Positions 1-8,534 of a DNA stretch of 26,889 nucleotides are shown piece by piece. The notes under the pieces were generated by a model. It worked only from the letters and a program-made list of their open reading frames with translations. It had not been told where the DNA came from and did no database searches. The DNA lies in NCBI GenBank assembly GCA_040216475.1, contig JAVJPD010000182.1:1-26889 (forward strand), written 5' to 3'. How positions within the stretch are numbered: the first letter of the stretch is position 1; each line of letters opens with the position of its first letter. Origin of the DNA: Rhodospirillales bacterium. GTDB lineage: Bacteria > Pseudomonadota > Alphaproteobacteria > Rhodospirillales > CALINB01. A program made the translations under genes and the position numbers.

Positions 1-10
1 GGATTCACAT

Positions 11-45
11 GATTTATCGGGATCGAACGGTATTTCCGATAAATC
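11..45. repeat. Inverted repeat / hairpin upstream of the first gene
   Basis: GATTTATCGG (11-20) is the exact reverse complement of CCGATAAATC (36-45), with a 15-nt spacer. Function unknown. Confidence 0.5.
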
Positions 46-159
46 GTGATCCGATCGAGGGTAGCCGCCGGTATCGGCGCGCCTGCCGATCCCGTGCTTT
101 ACGTCAGGTCCGAACGCCGTTGTCAGGCCGCCGGACGGTCATCGAAAAGGAGGCATCCC

Positions 160-1161
160 GTGGCCCGTCGCGTCGTAACCGTTTTCGGAGGCTCCGGATT
201 TCTGGGCCGCCATCTGATCAAACGCCTCGTCGCCCGAAACATGACCGTGCGCGTGGCGGTCCGCCACATGGATCATGCTATTTTTCTCAAACCCATGGGC
301 GATGTCGGCCAGATCGTTCCGCTGTCGGTCGACATCAACGACGCCGAAGCGGTCGACGTTGCCGTTCACGGCGCCGACGCGGTCGTGAACCTGGTCGGCA
401 TTCTCTACGAACGCGGCCGGCGGACATTCCAACGCGTGCACGTCGACGGTGCCAAAACGATCGCCGAAGCGGCGGCGAAAGCGGGCGTGAAACAATTGAT
501 CCACGTCTCGGCCATCGGCGCCGACGAAAATTCGCTGGCGAAGTACGCCCGCAGCAAGGCCCGCGGCGAAGCTGCCGTTACGGAAGCTTTCCCCGGCGCC
601 ACCATCGTGCGCCCGAGCGTCGTGTTCGGCCCGGAGGACGGTTTCTTCAATCTGTTCGCGTCGGTGTCCCGCCTTTCGCCGGTGATGCCGGTGATCGGCT
701 GTCCGTTTCCGCCGAAAAAAGTATCCGGCTCGATGTTCAAATTCGACTTTTTCGGCGACGGCGGCACCAAGATGCAGCCCGTCTACGTCGGCGACGTCGC
801 AGACGCCATCACCGAGATCATGCTGAACCGTGACCGGCAGGGGAAAATCTACGAACTCGGCGGACCGCGCACGTACAGCTTCAAGGAGATCATGGAGTTG
901 GTCCTGCGGACCATCGAGCGCAGACGCCTGCTTCTGCCCTTGCCGTACTGGGCGGCCAAGATCGAGGCGTTCTTCCTGCAGCTTTTGCCGAAACCGCTTC
1001 TCACCTGCGATCAGGTCGACCTGCTCAAATACGACAACGTCGCCGACAATGGCCTTCCCGGCCTCGAGGATATCGGGATCACGCCGCAGGCGGCGGAAGC
1101 GATCCTGCCGACGTATCTTTACCGGTATCGGCGGCAGGCGCGCCGCCTGAAACACGCGTGA
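160..1161 (+). CDS. Complex I NDUFA9-subunit family atypical SDR (NAD-dependent epimerase/dehydratase family)
   Basis: TVFGGSGFLG Rossmann motif, VVNLVGIL, HVSAIGA, YARSK, RPSVVFGPED, QPVYVGDVA. Start moved from 46 to GTG at 160, which follows the SD AAGGAGG at 147-153. Confidence 0.88.
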   Translation: MARRVVTVFGGSGFLGRHLIKRLVARNMTVRVAVRHMDHAIFLKPMGDVGQIVPLSVDINDAEAVDVAVHGADAVVNLVGILYERGRRTFQRVHVDGAKTIAEAAAKAGVKQLIHVSAIGADENSLAKYARSKARGEAAVTEAFPGATIVRPSVVFGPEDGFFNLFASVSRLSPVMPVIGCPFPPKKVSGSMFKFDFFGDGGTKMQPVYVGDVADAITEIMLNRDRQGKIYELGGPRTYSFKEIMELVLRTIERRRLLLPLPYWAAKIEAFFLQLLPKPLLTCDQVDLLKYDNVADNGLPGLEDIGITPQAAEAILPTYLYRYRRQARRLKHA

Positions 1162-1176
1162 TGAAACACGCCCAAA

Positions 1177-1228
1177 CCGCGCTTTTAAGGCGCATGTTGA
1201 AGCCGCGCTTTTAAGGCGCCTGTTAAAA
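1177..1228. repeat. Two-copy 26-bp imperfect tandem repeat between convergent genes
   Basis: CCGCGCTTTTAAGGCGC occurs at 1177-1193 and 1203-1219, each followed by nTGTTnA. Each copy can fold as a GCGC(T/C)T..AGGCGC hairpin. Confidence 0.7.
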
Positions 1229-1234
1229 TGACGG

Positions 1235-1702
1235 TTATTCTTTTTCGTCAAGCTTGCGGCTGAACCAGGTGTCGTCACTGCCGGACGGTTTCACCGCCGA
1301 TGGCGCGGGTGGCGCCGCGGCCGCGTCGGCCGGCACGTGTAACGAGGGCGGCTCTCCGATTCCCAACTGCTTCGCCGCCGAGACGATGACCTCGCCGTAC
1401 TCACGCAGAAAAACCGAACCGCGCACCGTGCGTTGGATCAACACGTTGCGCCGATCCTCGTCGTCCTTCTTGCGCCGGATCAGTTTCAGGTCCGTCAGCC
1501 GGTCGAGCGCGCGCGTGATCGCGGGTTTGGACACCTTCAGCGACTCGGCCATGCCGCGCACCGTATGCGGCGGTTCGGTCAGGTAGACCGTCAGCAGCAG
1601 CGCCATCTGGCGCGCCGACAGATCGGGCGAATCCTGACGAACCGTCGTCACGACCGTCCGGCGAAACAGTTCCAAGGCGTCGAGTTCGGTTAATGCCACC
1701 AT
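1235..1702 (-). CDS. MarR-family winged-helix transcriptional regulator
   Basis: DLSARQMALLLTVY, HTH segment TVRGMAESLKVSKPAITRALDRL, wing DDEDRRNVLIQRT. ATG at 1702 with SD GGGAG (1706-1710), 14 bp downstream of the aminopeptidase stop. Ala/Pro-rich C-terminal tail. Confidence 0.88.
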   Translation of the reverse strand: MVALTELDALELFRRTVVTTVRQDSPDLSARQMALLLTVYLTEPPHTVRGMAESLKVSKPAITRALDRLTDLKLIRRKKDDEDRRNVLIQRTVRGSVFLREYGEVIVSAAKQLGIGEPPSLHVPADAAAAPPAPSAVKPSGSDDTWFSRKLDEKE

Positions 1703-1716
1703 CGGCTCCCTTTTTC

Positions 1717-3102
1717 TCAGCCCGCCGATCCGAAGCGTTCGGCGATGTAACCGTAGAGCGCCCGAATCCCCATGGCTTCGCCGCCCTCGGGCCGCCCCGG
1801 TTGGGATTTCACGTTCCATGCCATCAGATCGATGTGCGCCCACGGGACGTCCTTTTCGACGAACGCCTCCAGGAACAACGCCGCCGTGATCGCGCCGGCA
1901 TAACCGCCCTCGGGCGCGTTGTTGATGTCGGCGGTCTTGCCTTCGATCATCTTGCGATACGGCGCCCATAACGGCAGACGCCACAACGGGTCGTTCGACG
2001 CCGCGCTGTGCGCGAGCAGCCCGCCGGCGAATTCGTCGTCGTTGCAGAAAAGCGCGGGCAGATCGGTACCGAGCGCGACCCGCGCCGCGCCCGTCAACGT
2101 CGCGAAATCGACGATGAGCTCGGGTTTTTCCGTCACCGCCTCGGCCAGGGCATCGGCCAGAATAACCCGGCCCTCGGCGTCGGTGTTGCCGATCTCGACG
2201 CTCAAGCCCTTACGGGTCGCCACCACGTCCATCGGGCGCATGGCGTTGCCGGCGACGCTGTTCTCGACCGCCGGCACCAGAACCCGCAGGCGCACCCGCA
2301 GCTTCGCCGCCATGATCATGGACGCGAGCCCGAACGCGTGCGCCGCGCCGCCCATGTCCTTTTTCATGAGTTTCATGCCGGTGGCGGATTTGAGATCGAG
2401 GCCGCCTGTGTCGAAACACACGCCCTTGCCGACCAGCGTAATCTTCGGTGCGGCTTCATCGCCCCAAACGCCGTCAAACAGTCGGGGTTCGCGCGGGCTC
2501 GCGCGGCCGACTGCGTGAATCGCCGGAAAGTTGTCTTTTAAGAGATCGGCGCCGACGATCACCTTGGAGCGGCCGCCGTGCTTTTTGAAAAGATCGGCCC
2601 CGGCGGCGGCAAGTTCCTCCGGGCCGTTGTCGGACGCCGGCGTATTGATCAGATCGCGCACCAGGAAAACCGCCTCGGCGGTCCGCTCGACGTACGCCCG
2701 GTCGCACCCTTCGGGCCAGATCAGCGTCGCCGGCGATTTCTCGATTTTCTTGTAGCGATCAAACCCATAAGCCCCCAAGGCCCAGCCCAGCGCAGCTTTA
2801 TCGGGATCGATCTCCACCGCGCCCATTTCCAAGCGATAGGTACCGTCCGGCAGCTTTTCGGGCAGCGCCGCCCAAGCCCAAACGTCGTCGTTCTCGCCGA
2901 TGCCGATCAACACGCGCGACAGGGTGCCGTCGTTGCCGGGAACGAGCGCGATCGAGCCGGCCTTCGCTTTGAAGCCGGTTTGCCCGAGCCAGGTCCGCAC
3001 GCCGGCCGCCTGGCCTTCCAGCCAGGCGGACAGACCGTCTGCGGTGATCGGAGTCAACGGTATCGCCGCGCCGGCGCCGGGGTCCGTCAGGTGCTGCAGC
3101 AA
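1717..3102 (-). CDS. Leucyl aminopeptidase family protein (peptidase M17)
   Basis: LVGKGVCFDTGGLDLK, MKKDMGGAA, NTDAEGR and DFATLTGA are M17 metal-binding motifs. TTG start with SD AGGAG at 3111-3115. Confidence 0.93.
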   Translation of the reverse strand: MLQHLTDPGAGAAIPLTPITADGLSAWLEGQAAGVRTWLGQTGFKAKAGSIALVPGNDGTLSRVLIGIGENDDVWAWAALPEKLPDGTYRLEMGAVEIDPDKAALGWALGAYGFDRYKKIEKSPATLIWPEGCDRAYVERTAEAVFLVRDLINTPASDNGPEELAAAGADLFKKHGGRSKVIVGADLLKDNFPAIHAVGRASPREPRLFDGVWGDEAAPKITLVGKGVCFDTGGLDLKSATGMKLMKKDMGGAAHAFGLASMIMAAKLRVRLRVLVPAVENSVAGNAMRPMDVVATRKGLSVEIGNTDAEGRVILADALAEAVTEKPELIVDFATLTGAARVALGTDLPALFCNDDEFAGGLLAHSAASNDPLWRLPLWAPYRKMIEGKTADINNAPEGGYAGAITAALFLEAFVEKDVPWAHIDLMAWNVKSQPGRPEGGEAMGIRALYGYIAERFGSAG

Positions 3103-3194
3103 GAAGGCTTCTCCTGTTTCGGGAACCGAACAACCCGGCCCCGGAATCGTTTCGGCACCGTTTTAAAGTAAGAGGCGGCCCGGCTAAAGCGCGA

Positions 3195-3225
3195 AAATAA
3201 TTTATTTATCTTGTTGAAATTATTT
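3195..3225. promoter_or_regulatory. AT-rich 9-bp inverted repeat (possible operator or weak terminator)
   Basis: AAATAATTT (3195-3203) / AAATTATTT (3217-3225), 13-bp spacer. It overlaps the hydrolase stop codon and lies upstream of the aminopeptidase. Confidence 0.35.
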
Positions 3226-4023
3226 GGTTTTTATGGCCGGCATCAAGCCGTGCCCGGACAGGAATTCGATCACGTAACGGTCGAACGTCGCCGGGTCCTC
3301 GAGCGGGCAGGAATGCCCCGTGCCGGGAATGATCCGATGGACGGCGCCGGGAATCAGCGCCGCCGATTTCTTGCCGCCTTCAAGGGCGTGATCGAGCGCG
3401 CCGTTGATGACCAGGACCGGCATCGTCATCGCGGTGAGGCCCGGGGTGCAATCGATCGCAAGGCTGCTCGCGCGAAACGTCTGCGCGATCGCTTCGGCGT
3501 TCAGACCCGGGCCGCGTTCGAGGAACATATCGAGCAGATAGCGCCCCAATCGGGTTTTTTCGAAGCCCGGCGCGATCAGTTCCTCGATGTATTCCTTGTG
3601 ATAGCCTTTGATCCCTTTTTGCAGAAATCCGTCGATGTTCTTCTGCGCCCGGTTGCTGGGCTTACTGTTGGCGCCGACCGCCACGAGGGCACAAAACCGC
3701 GCCGGTTCCTGCTGGCAGAGATACAATGCGAGACGCGAGCCCATCGAACACCCCATCAACACGGCCGCATCGACGCCTTCGTCGTTCATCACGCCGAGCA
3801 CGTCGTCGGCCATGTCGGTCAGATCGTAATCGCCGGTGTCCGGCTCCGAGCGTCCGTAGCCGCGAATATCGATTCCGATCACCGTGAACCAGCTCGAGAA
3901 ATGCGCCGTTTGAAAGAGCCACTCATCGTGATCGTAGGGATGGCCGTGCAGCAGCACCATTGCCGGCCCCTCGCCGACTTTTTCGTAATGAATTTTAACG
4001 CCGTTCGCGTGGCTGTAGGGCAT
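3220..4023 (-). CDS. Alpha/beta-fold hydrolase
   Basis: LLHGHP oxyanion motif, DIRGYGRS, GCSMG nucleophile elbow, GALD acid, GTGH histidine. SD GGGGAGG upstream. Confidence 0.88.
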   Translation of the reverse strand: MPYSHANGVKIHYEKVGEGPAMVLLHGHPYDHDEWLFQTAHFSSWFTVIGIDIRGYGRSEPDTGDYDLTDMADDVLGVMNDEGVDAAVLMGCSMGSRLALYLCQQEPARFCALVAVGANSKPSNRAQKNIDGFLQKGIKGYHKEYIEELIAPGFEKTRLGRYLLDMFLERGPGLNAEAIAQTFRASSLAIDCTPGLTAMTMPVLVINGALDHALEGGKKSAALIPGAVHRIIPGTGHSCPLEDPATFDRYVIEFLSGHGLMPAIKTK

Positions 4024-4080
4024 GACCGCCTCCCCTCTTTCCGTTCGCCGCCAGCAGCATAAACGACGAAATCGGGGCGG

Positions 4081-4824
4081 TCACTCTCCGGCTATTTTAG
4101 GCGCGGCCTGTTCGGCGGCCTCGGCAATATCCTCCGGGGCATGCTCAGTGTCCGCAAGCACCGGGCTCCACAGCCATCGGAATACCAACGTCGCGGCGAC
4201 GGCGCCGGCAAGCTGCACGGCGATGAACGCCGGCGCGTGATCCGGCACGATCCCTGAAAAAGTATCGGTGAACGAGCGCGCGACGGTCACGGCGGGATTG
4301 GCAAACGAGGTGGACGAGGTGAACCAGTACCCGGCGGTAATAAAGAGACCTACCGCATACGGCACTGCTTGCGGCGCGGCGCGCACGCACCCGAGGATGG
4401 TCGCCAGCAGGCCGAAGGTCGCGACGAATTCGCCGGTCCATTGCCCGACGCCGGTCCGAGCCGTGCTTGATGCCGTCAGGTACGGCTCGCCGAACATGAC
4501 GTGGGCGATCATCGTGCCGATCAACGCGCTGACGATTTGCACGATGATATAGGCGAACGCTTCACCGGAGGGAATCGCGCGTTGCAGCCAAAACGAAACC
4601 GTCACCGCCGGATTGAAATGCGCGCCCGAAACGCGCCCGAAAATCAGGATCAGCACCACCAGGATCGCGCCGGTCGCGATCGTGTTGCCGAGCAGCGCGA
4701 TGGCCGTATTGCCGCCGGCCAAGCGCTCGGCCATGATGCCCGAGCCCACCACGGTCGCGAGCAGAAAGGCCGTGCCGAGGGCTTCCGCCATCAAGCGGCG
4801 CTGCAGATCGAACCGCTCGTTCAT
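4081..4824 (-). CDS. aqpS: MIP/aquaporin-family channel, AqpS-like arsenite channel
   Basis: Two NPA boxes (SGAHFNPAVT, STSFANPAVT) and N-terminal AEALGTAFLLATVVGSGIMAE. ATGA overlap with the arsC stop. Confidence 0.85.
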   Translation of the reverse strand: MNERFDLQRRLMAEALGTAFLLATVVGSGIMAERLAGGNTAIALLGNTIATGAILVVLILIFGRVSGAHFNPAVTVSFWLQRAIPSGEAFAYIIVQIVSALIGTMIAHVMFGEPYLTASSTARTGVGQWTGEFVATFGLLATILGCVRAAPQAVPYAVGLFITAGYWFTSSTSFANPAVTVARSFTDTFSGIVPDHAPAFIAVQLAGAVAATLVFRWLWSPVLADTEHAPEDIAEAAEQAAPKIAGE

Positions 4825-5333
4825 GCGCTTCGAGGCAGGCTCGTGCCGATTTCGTTCAGGCGCTTTTGCAGGGTCAGCTTATCCAACGACGCCATCGGCA
4901 GGCTGATGAAAATCCCGATACGAAAATGAATCTGCTTGAAGACGTCCAGAAAATACGCCCGTTTCTCGACGTCGGCGCCCTCGAACGCCGCCGGGTCGGG
5001 AAACCCCCAATGCGCCGTCATCGGCTGGCCGGGCCAAATCGGACACACTTCGCCGGCGGCCTTGTCGCAGACCGTAAAAACGAAATTCAATTCCGGGGCA
5101 CCCGCACGGTCGAACTCCGCCCAATCCTTCGAGTGCAACTCGCCGGTCGGATAGTTCATTCCTCGCAGGATGTCGATCGTTATCGGATTGACCGTGCCCG
5201 CCGGATGGCTGCCGGCGCTATATGCCTTGAACCGGCCCTTGCCCTCACGGTTCAGAATAGCTTCCGCCATGATGCTGCGCGCCGAATTGCCCGTGCAAAT
5301 GAATAAGACGTTGTAGATTTTTTCTTCGCTCAT
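4821..5333 (-). CDS. arsC: Arsenate reductase ArsC, LMW-PTP (thioredoxin-type) fold
   Basis: VLFICTGNSARSIMAEA P-loop, SAGSHP, TVCD..AGEVCP Cys pair, HWGFPDP. Lies inside the ars operon. Confidence 0.92.
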   Translation of the reverse strand: MSEEKIYNVLFICTGNSARSIMAEAILNREGKGRFKAYSAGSHPAGTVNPITIDILRGMNYPTGELHSKDWAEFDRAGAPELNFVFTVCDKAAGEVCPIWPGQPMTAHWGFPDPAAFEGADVEKRAYFLDVFKQIHFRIGIFISLPMASLDKLTLQKRLNEIGTSLPRSA

Positions 5334-5360
5334 CGGAAGCTCCTCCTCTGGAATATGCGT

Positions 5361-5798
5361 TTAAGGGCAACATATCTGCCCGCATTTTTCCTTTTCATCG
5401 CTCAATTCGTTCAATGGCGCGCTGGCACCGTAAACGGTGCTGTCGTTGAACGTCAGAAACGCTTCCCATGGTTTGCCGTCGGGATCGGATATCCAGGATT
5501 TCTCCTGATCGGCGTAACAGCACGTGGTGCGCCCCTCCTCCAAAACGGGCCGCCCCGCTTTCGCGAGCCGCGCGTATACTTCCGACAGCTCCGCCGCCGT
5601 TTCGACCTGGATGCCGAAGTGGCCGTCGCCGGACGATTTCGAGGCATCGCTGATCGCGAAATTCACACGCGGATCGTCCACCATCCATTTCGCGTAATCG
5701 TCCTTGATCACCGTCGGCTCCATCGCGAACAAGGCGCTGTAAAAGTCGATCGCCTGTTTCAGATCATTAACTTTGGTATGAATATGTAACCGTTTCAT
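5361..5798 (-). CDS. arsI: ArsI/CadI-family VOC metalloenzyme (putative C-As lyase)
   Basis: RLHIH, FYSALF, YAKW.VDDPRVNFAIS, GHFGIQV, vicinal TCCYA, KSWISDPDG.PWE. Confidence 0.88.
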   Translation of the reverse strand: MKRLHIHTKVNDLKQAIDFYSALFAMEPTVIKDDYAKWMVDDPRVNFAISDASKSSGDGHFGIQVETAAELSEVYARLAKAGRPVLEEGRTTCCYADQEKSWISDPDGKPWEAFLTFNDSTVYGASAPLNELSDEKEKCGQICCP

Positions 5799-5822
5799 GA
5801 CGATTCTCCGTTTGACGGGGGG

Positions 5823-6161
5823 TTATTCCGGTTTGGCGCATATCGCGGCGCGGGCAAGATCGCCGCACATCTCCGGGCGGCCCTGACAGCAATCTTCCGT
5901 CAGGAACGTCAGCAGCCGGCGCATGCCCTCGAAGTCGACGGCATAGAAAATTTGGCGCTGCACCCGCCAGGAACGCAGCAATCGGGCGCGATCGAGATGC
6001 GCCAGATGGTGTGACAATGTGGGCGGACTGACCTCGAGTTTTACGGCGATGGCGCCGGCGCTGAGGCCGTTCGGCCCGGCCCGCACCAGAAGGCGAAACG
6101 CCGATAGCCGGGTCCGGTGAGCAAGGGCGCCGAGCGCCTCGGTGGCTTGATTCGTATCCAT
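5823..6161 (-). CDS. arsR: ArsR/SmtB-family repressor with C-terminal CC..C site
   Basis: ALGALAHRTRLSAFRLLV, PPTLSHHLAHL, YAVDFEGMRRLLTFLTEDCCQGRPEMC. Start placed at ATG 6161 rather than 6179 because of the promoter geometry. Confidence 0.9.
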   Translation of the reverse strand: MDTNQATEALGALAHRTRLSAFRLLVRAGPNGLSAGAIAVKLEVSPPTLSHHLAHLDRARLLRSWRVQRQIFYAVDFEGMRRLLTFLTEDCCQGRPEMCGDLARAAICAKPE

Positions 6162-6196
6162 ATTTCGATGTTTCGACAATTATCGAAATAAATCAA
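6161..6196 (-). promoter_or_regulatory. ars promoter (TTGATT-N17-AAACAT) with overlapping ArsR operator
   Basis: On the minus strand, -35 is at 6191-6196 and -10 at 6168-6173, 6 nt before ATG 6161. The inverted repeat TATTTCGAT-N12-ATCGAAATA (6161-6190) covers the spacer, -10 and start. Confidence 0.7.
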
Positions 6197-6237
6197 GTTG
6201 CGATTCGATGACGAAACAACCGTTTGTTTTATAAAGA

Positions 6238-7602
6238 TTATTCTGCGGCGGCCGGAGCCGCGGCCCCGAGCCCGGCCCGCCAGCGGCGGTGCAGGAGATA
6301 GAGAATGCCGATGACCTCGGCGACGATGGGCAGCAAGGTCAGCATCGGCGCCTGGCCGTATTGCGGCCAGAAGAAGGCGACCAGCGGCTTGAGGTGCAGC
6401 GCCGAAAGAAGCGCCGGCACCACCGTATAGAGCAGCACCAAATACAAAACCGCCCGGCCGTCGCCGCGGCCGTCGGTATATCCCAAGCTCATGAAGTAGA
6501 TGAAGGCGACGTCGCGCAGAACGAACAACATGCTGGCGGTTACCGCTACGCGCACTTCGACCACGCTTATAAAGTCCTGGACCACCGTCACCTTCGAGAG
6601 CATCGCGACCGTGGTGCCGGCAACTAGGAGAATAGGCAGCGTCAGAACCGAGCGCGGCGCCATGTCGAATACCTGCCCCCACTGCCGGGCCCGATAAAAA
6701 TGCCCGAGACGGCGGAAATGCACCCGGTCCTTCGGCTCTCCCAGCACCATGATGTAGGCCGCGATCAAGGCAACCACGTAGGCCGCCGTCGGCACCCCCG
6801 GCAAGGGCGCGAGGAATGCAGGCAGGCCCCAGGGCAGGTAACGGATGCCCGCGAAATAAACCATCGCGAACACGACAAAACCGAGCCACAGCCAGGGTTT
6901 GTTGGCTTGCTGCAACTCGACGCGCATCAAGGCGTAAACGCCGATCAGGCTCCAGGCCACGAACGCCGCCAGCGCCAGTACCATCGTAACCGACAGCGGA
7001 AACGGCTCACCGTACCAAGTCGTCACCCGGTAGATGCCGTCCTCGCCGTACCCCGACAGGCCCGCATAGAGCGGCGGCAGCGCGCAGATCAGGCCCAGAA
7101 ATTGATACGACATCACCTGCACCCGGCCGAACGCCCGGCGCCGCTGAATCGCCTGCAAGCTCACCAGCAGGCAAATCGCGTGCGCCAACACGCCGCTGCC
7201 GACATAAAGCGCGACGGCGATGAGTAATGCGACGGGCGGCAGGATGCTTTCGTACGAGATCACGTAAAATCCGAGGCAGATGAGCGCGCCGTACCAGGCG
7301 TACGACGTGCTGCCGAACAGCTTGCCCCACGCCATCTGCCAGGCCCCGATGGCCGACATGCGCTGCAGATCCCAGGTCCGATTGTTGACCTCTTCCAGAA
7401 CCGACTCGGCGGCGAGGCGCGTGCCCCACAAAAAAATCACCACGATATACATGAATGCGGCGATCATGCCGGTGTTCTGATCGAGATCGCGGCCGTTAAA
7501 GAGAAACACCAGCAGGAAGATCGCGCCCAGAATGACGGGCAGCGCGACCAGGCGGTGATCGCTGAATTCGAGCCAGAGATTGCGGCGAAATTCCGGATTC
7601 AT
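6238..7602 (-). CDS. Multi-pass membrane protein, probable ABC exporter permease
   Basis: About ten or more hydrophobic segments and an E..N.TWDLQRMS loop followed by GKLFG, reminiscent of ABC-2 permeases. ATGA overlap with the ATPase stop. Confidence 0.72.
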   Translation of the reverse strand: MNPEFRRNLWLEFSDHRLVALPVILGAIFLLVFLFNGRDLDQNTGMIAAFMYIVVIFLWGTRLAAESVLEEVNNRTWDLQRMSAIGAWQMAWGKLFGSTSYAWYGALICLGFYVISYESILPPVALLIAVALYVGSGVLAHAICLLVSLQAIQRRRAFGRVQVMSYQFLGLICALPPLYAGLSGYGEDGIYRVTTWYGEPFPLSVTMVLALAAFVAWSLIGVYALMRVELQQANKPWLWLGFVVFAMVYFAGIRYLPWGLPAFLAPLPGVPTAAYVVALIAAYIMVLGEPKDRVHFRRLGHFYRARQWGQVFDMAPRSVLTLPILLVAGTTVAMLSKVTVVQDFISVVEVRVAVTASMLFVLRDVAFIYFMSLGYTDGRGDGRAVLYLVLLYTVVPALLSALHLKPLVAFFWPQYGQAPMLTLLPIVAEVIGILYLLHRRWRAGLGAAAPAAAE

Positions 7603-8534
7603 CGGCCCTTGCCCTCCCCGCCCTTGTTCATGCTTTCCATATACGTATCCTGCATGCGTACGGCTTCCTCTCGGAACTCCACGACCGACAATCCCGCATT
7701 GACCAGTGCGCGCAATAAAACCTGTTTTGCCGTTTCGCCGCCCTCCAGCCGGCAGCGCGCGGATCGGCCGTCCACATGCACGCCCGACACCCCGGGTGCC
7801 GCCGTCAGGGCGGTTTCCAGGCCGGGATGGGGCACATCCAACACCACCAGCATGCGCCGGCTCTGCACCACGTCAGCGGTGCCGGCAATCGCGCGTTGAT
7901 CGGCGATCTTGCCGTCGCGGATGATGATCATGTGCGTTGAATAGTCTTCAAGCTCCGCCAGGATGTGCGAAGATACCAAAAGCGTCATCCCGCCGTCGCG
8001 GAGCTGCTGTAAAAGCTTGGAGAGCTGAAACCGCGCGTCCGGATCGAGTCCCGACGCCGGTTCGTCGAGCACCAGAAATTGCGGTTCATGAATGATTGCC
8101 TGGGCGATGGCCAAGCGTTGCTTGAGGCCGCGCGACAACGTACCCGCCTTTTCGTCGAGCCGGTCGGCGATGGCAAGCCGCGCCGCCGCCGACTCGACCA
8201 GGGTTTCCCGCTTCAACGGGTCCGATCCCTGCACGGACGCAATATAGGTCAGGCATTGGCGGACCGTGAGTTCTTCGTAGAGCCCGTAAAAATCAGGCAG
8301 ATACCCCATGCGTCGATGCACCTCGCGCGGATGCTGATGCACATCGATACCGTCGAACAATACACGTCCCGAGAACGGCGACGCCAACGCGACCAGGCAG
8401 CGGATCAAGGTGGTTTTGCCGGCACCGTTCGGCCCCACCAAGGCGGTGATGCCGCCGCGGGCGATCTCCAAGGATATCGAATGCAAGGCCCGCTTGGTCG
8501 GGTATTCGAAAACCAAATCCTCAACGGTAATCAT
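7599..8534 (-). CDS. ABC transporter ATP-binding protein (ABC-2/DrrA-like)
   Basis: Walker A GPNGAGKTT, signature LSRGLKQR, Walker B LVLDEPASGLDP, switch SSHIL. Confidence 0.93.
   Translation of the reverse strand: MITVEDLVFEYPTKRALHSISLEIARGGITALVGPNGAGKTTLIRCLVALASPFSGRVLFDGIDVHQHPREVHRRMGYLPDFYGLYEELTVRQCLTYIASVQGSDPLKRETLVESAAARLAIADRLDEKAGTLSRGLKQRLAIAQAIIHEPQFLVLDEPASGLDPDARFQLSKLLQQLRDGGMTLLVSSHILAELEDYSTHMIIIRDGKIADQRAIAGTADVVQSRRMLVVLDVPHPGLETALTAAPGVSGVHVDGRSARCRLEGGETAKQVLLRALVNAGLSVVEFREEAVRMQDTYMESMNKGGEGKGR

Noticed and set aside
46-159. N-terminal extensions in the ORF track (46, 1984, 6179, 14746, 15838, 19897, 19975, 22173)
   Set aside because: Downstream starts have clear SD or promoter geometry and coincide with the start of the recognisable domain.
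1148-1228. Possible mini-CRISPR array
   Set aside because: Only two units with about 9-nt spacers and no cas genes in the window.
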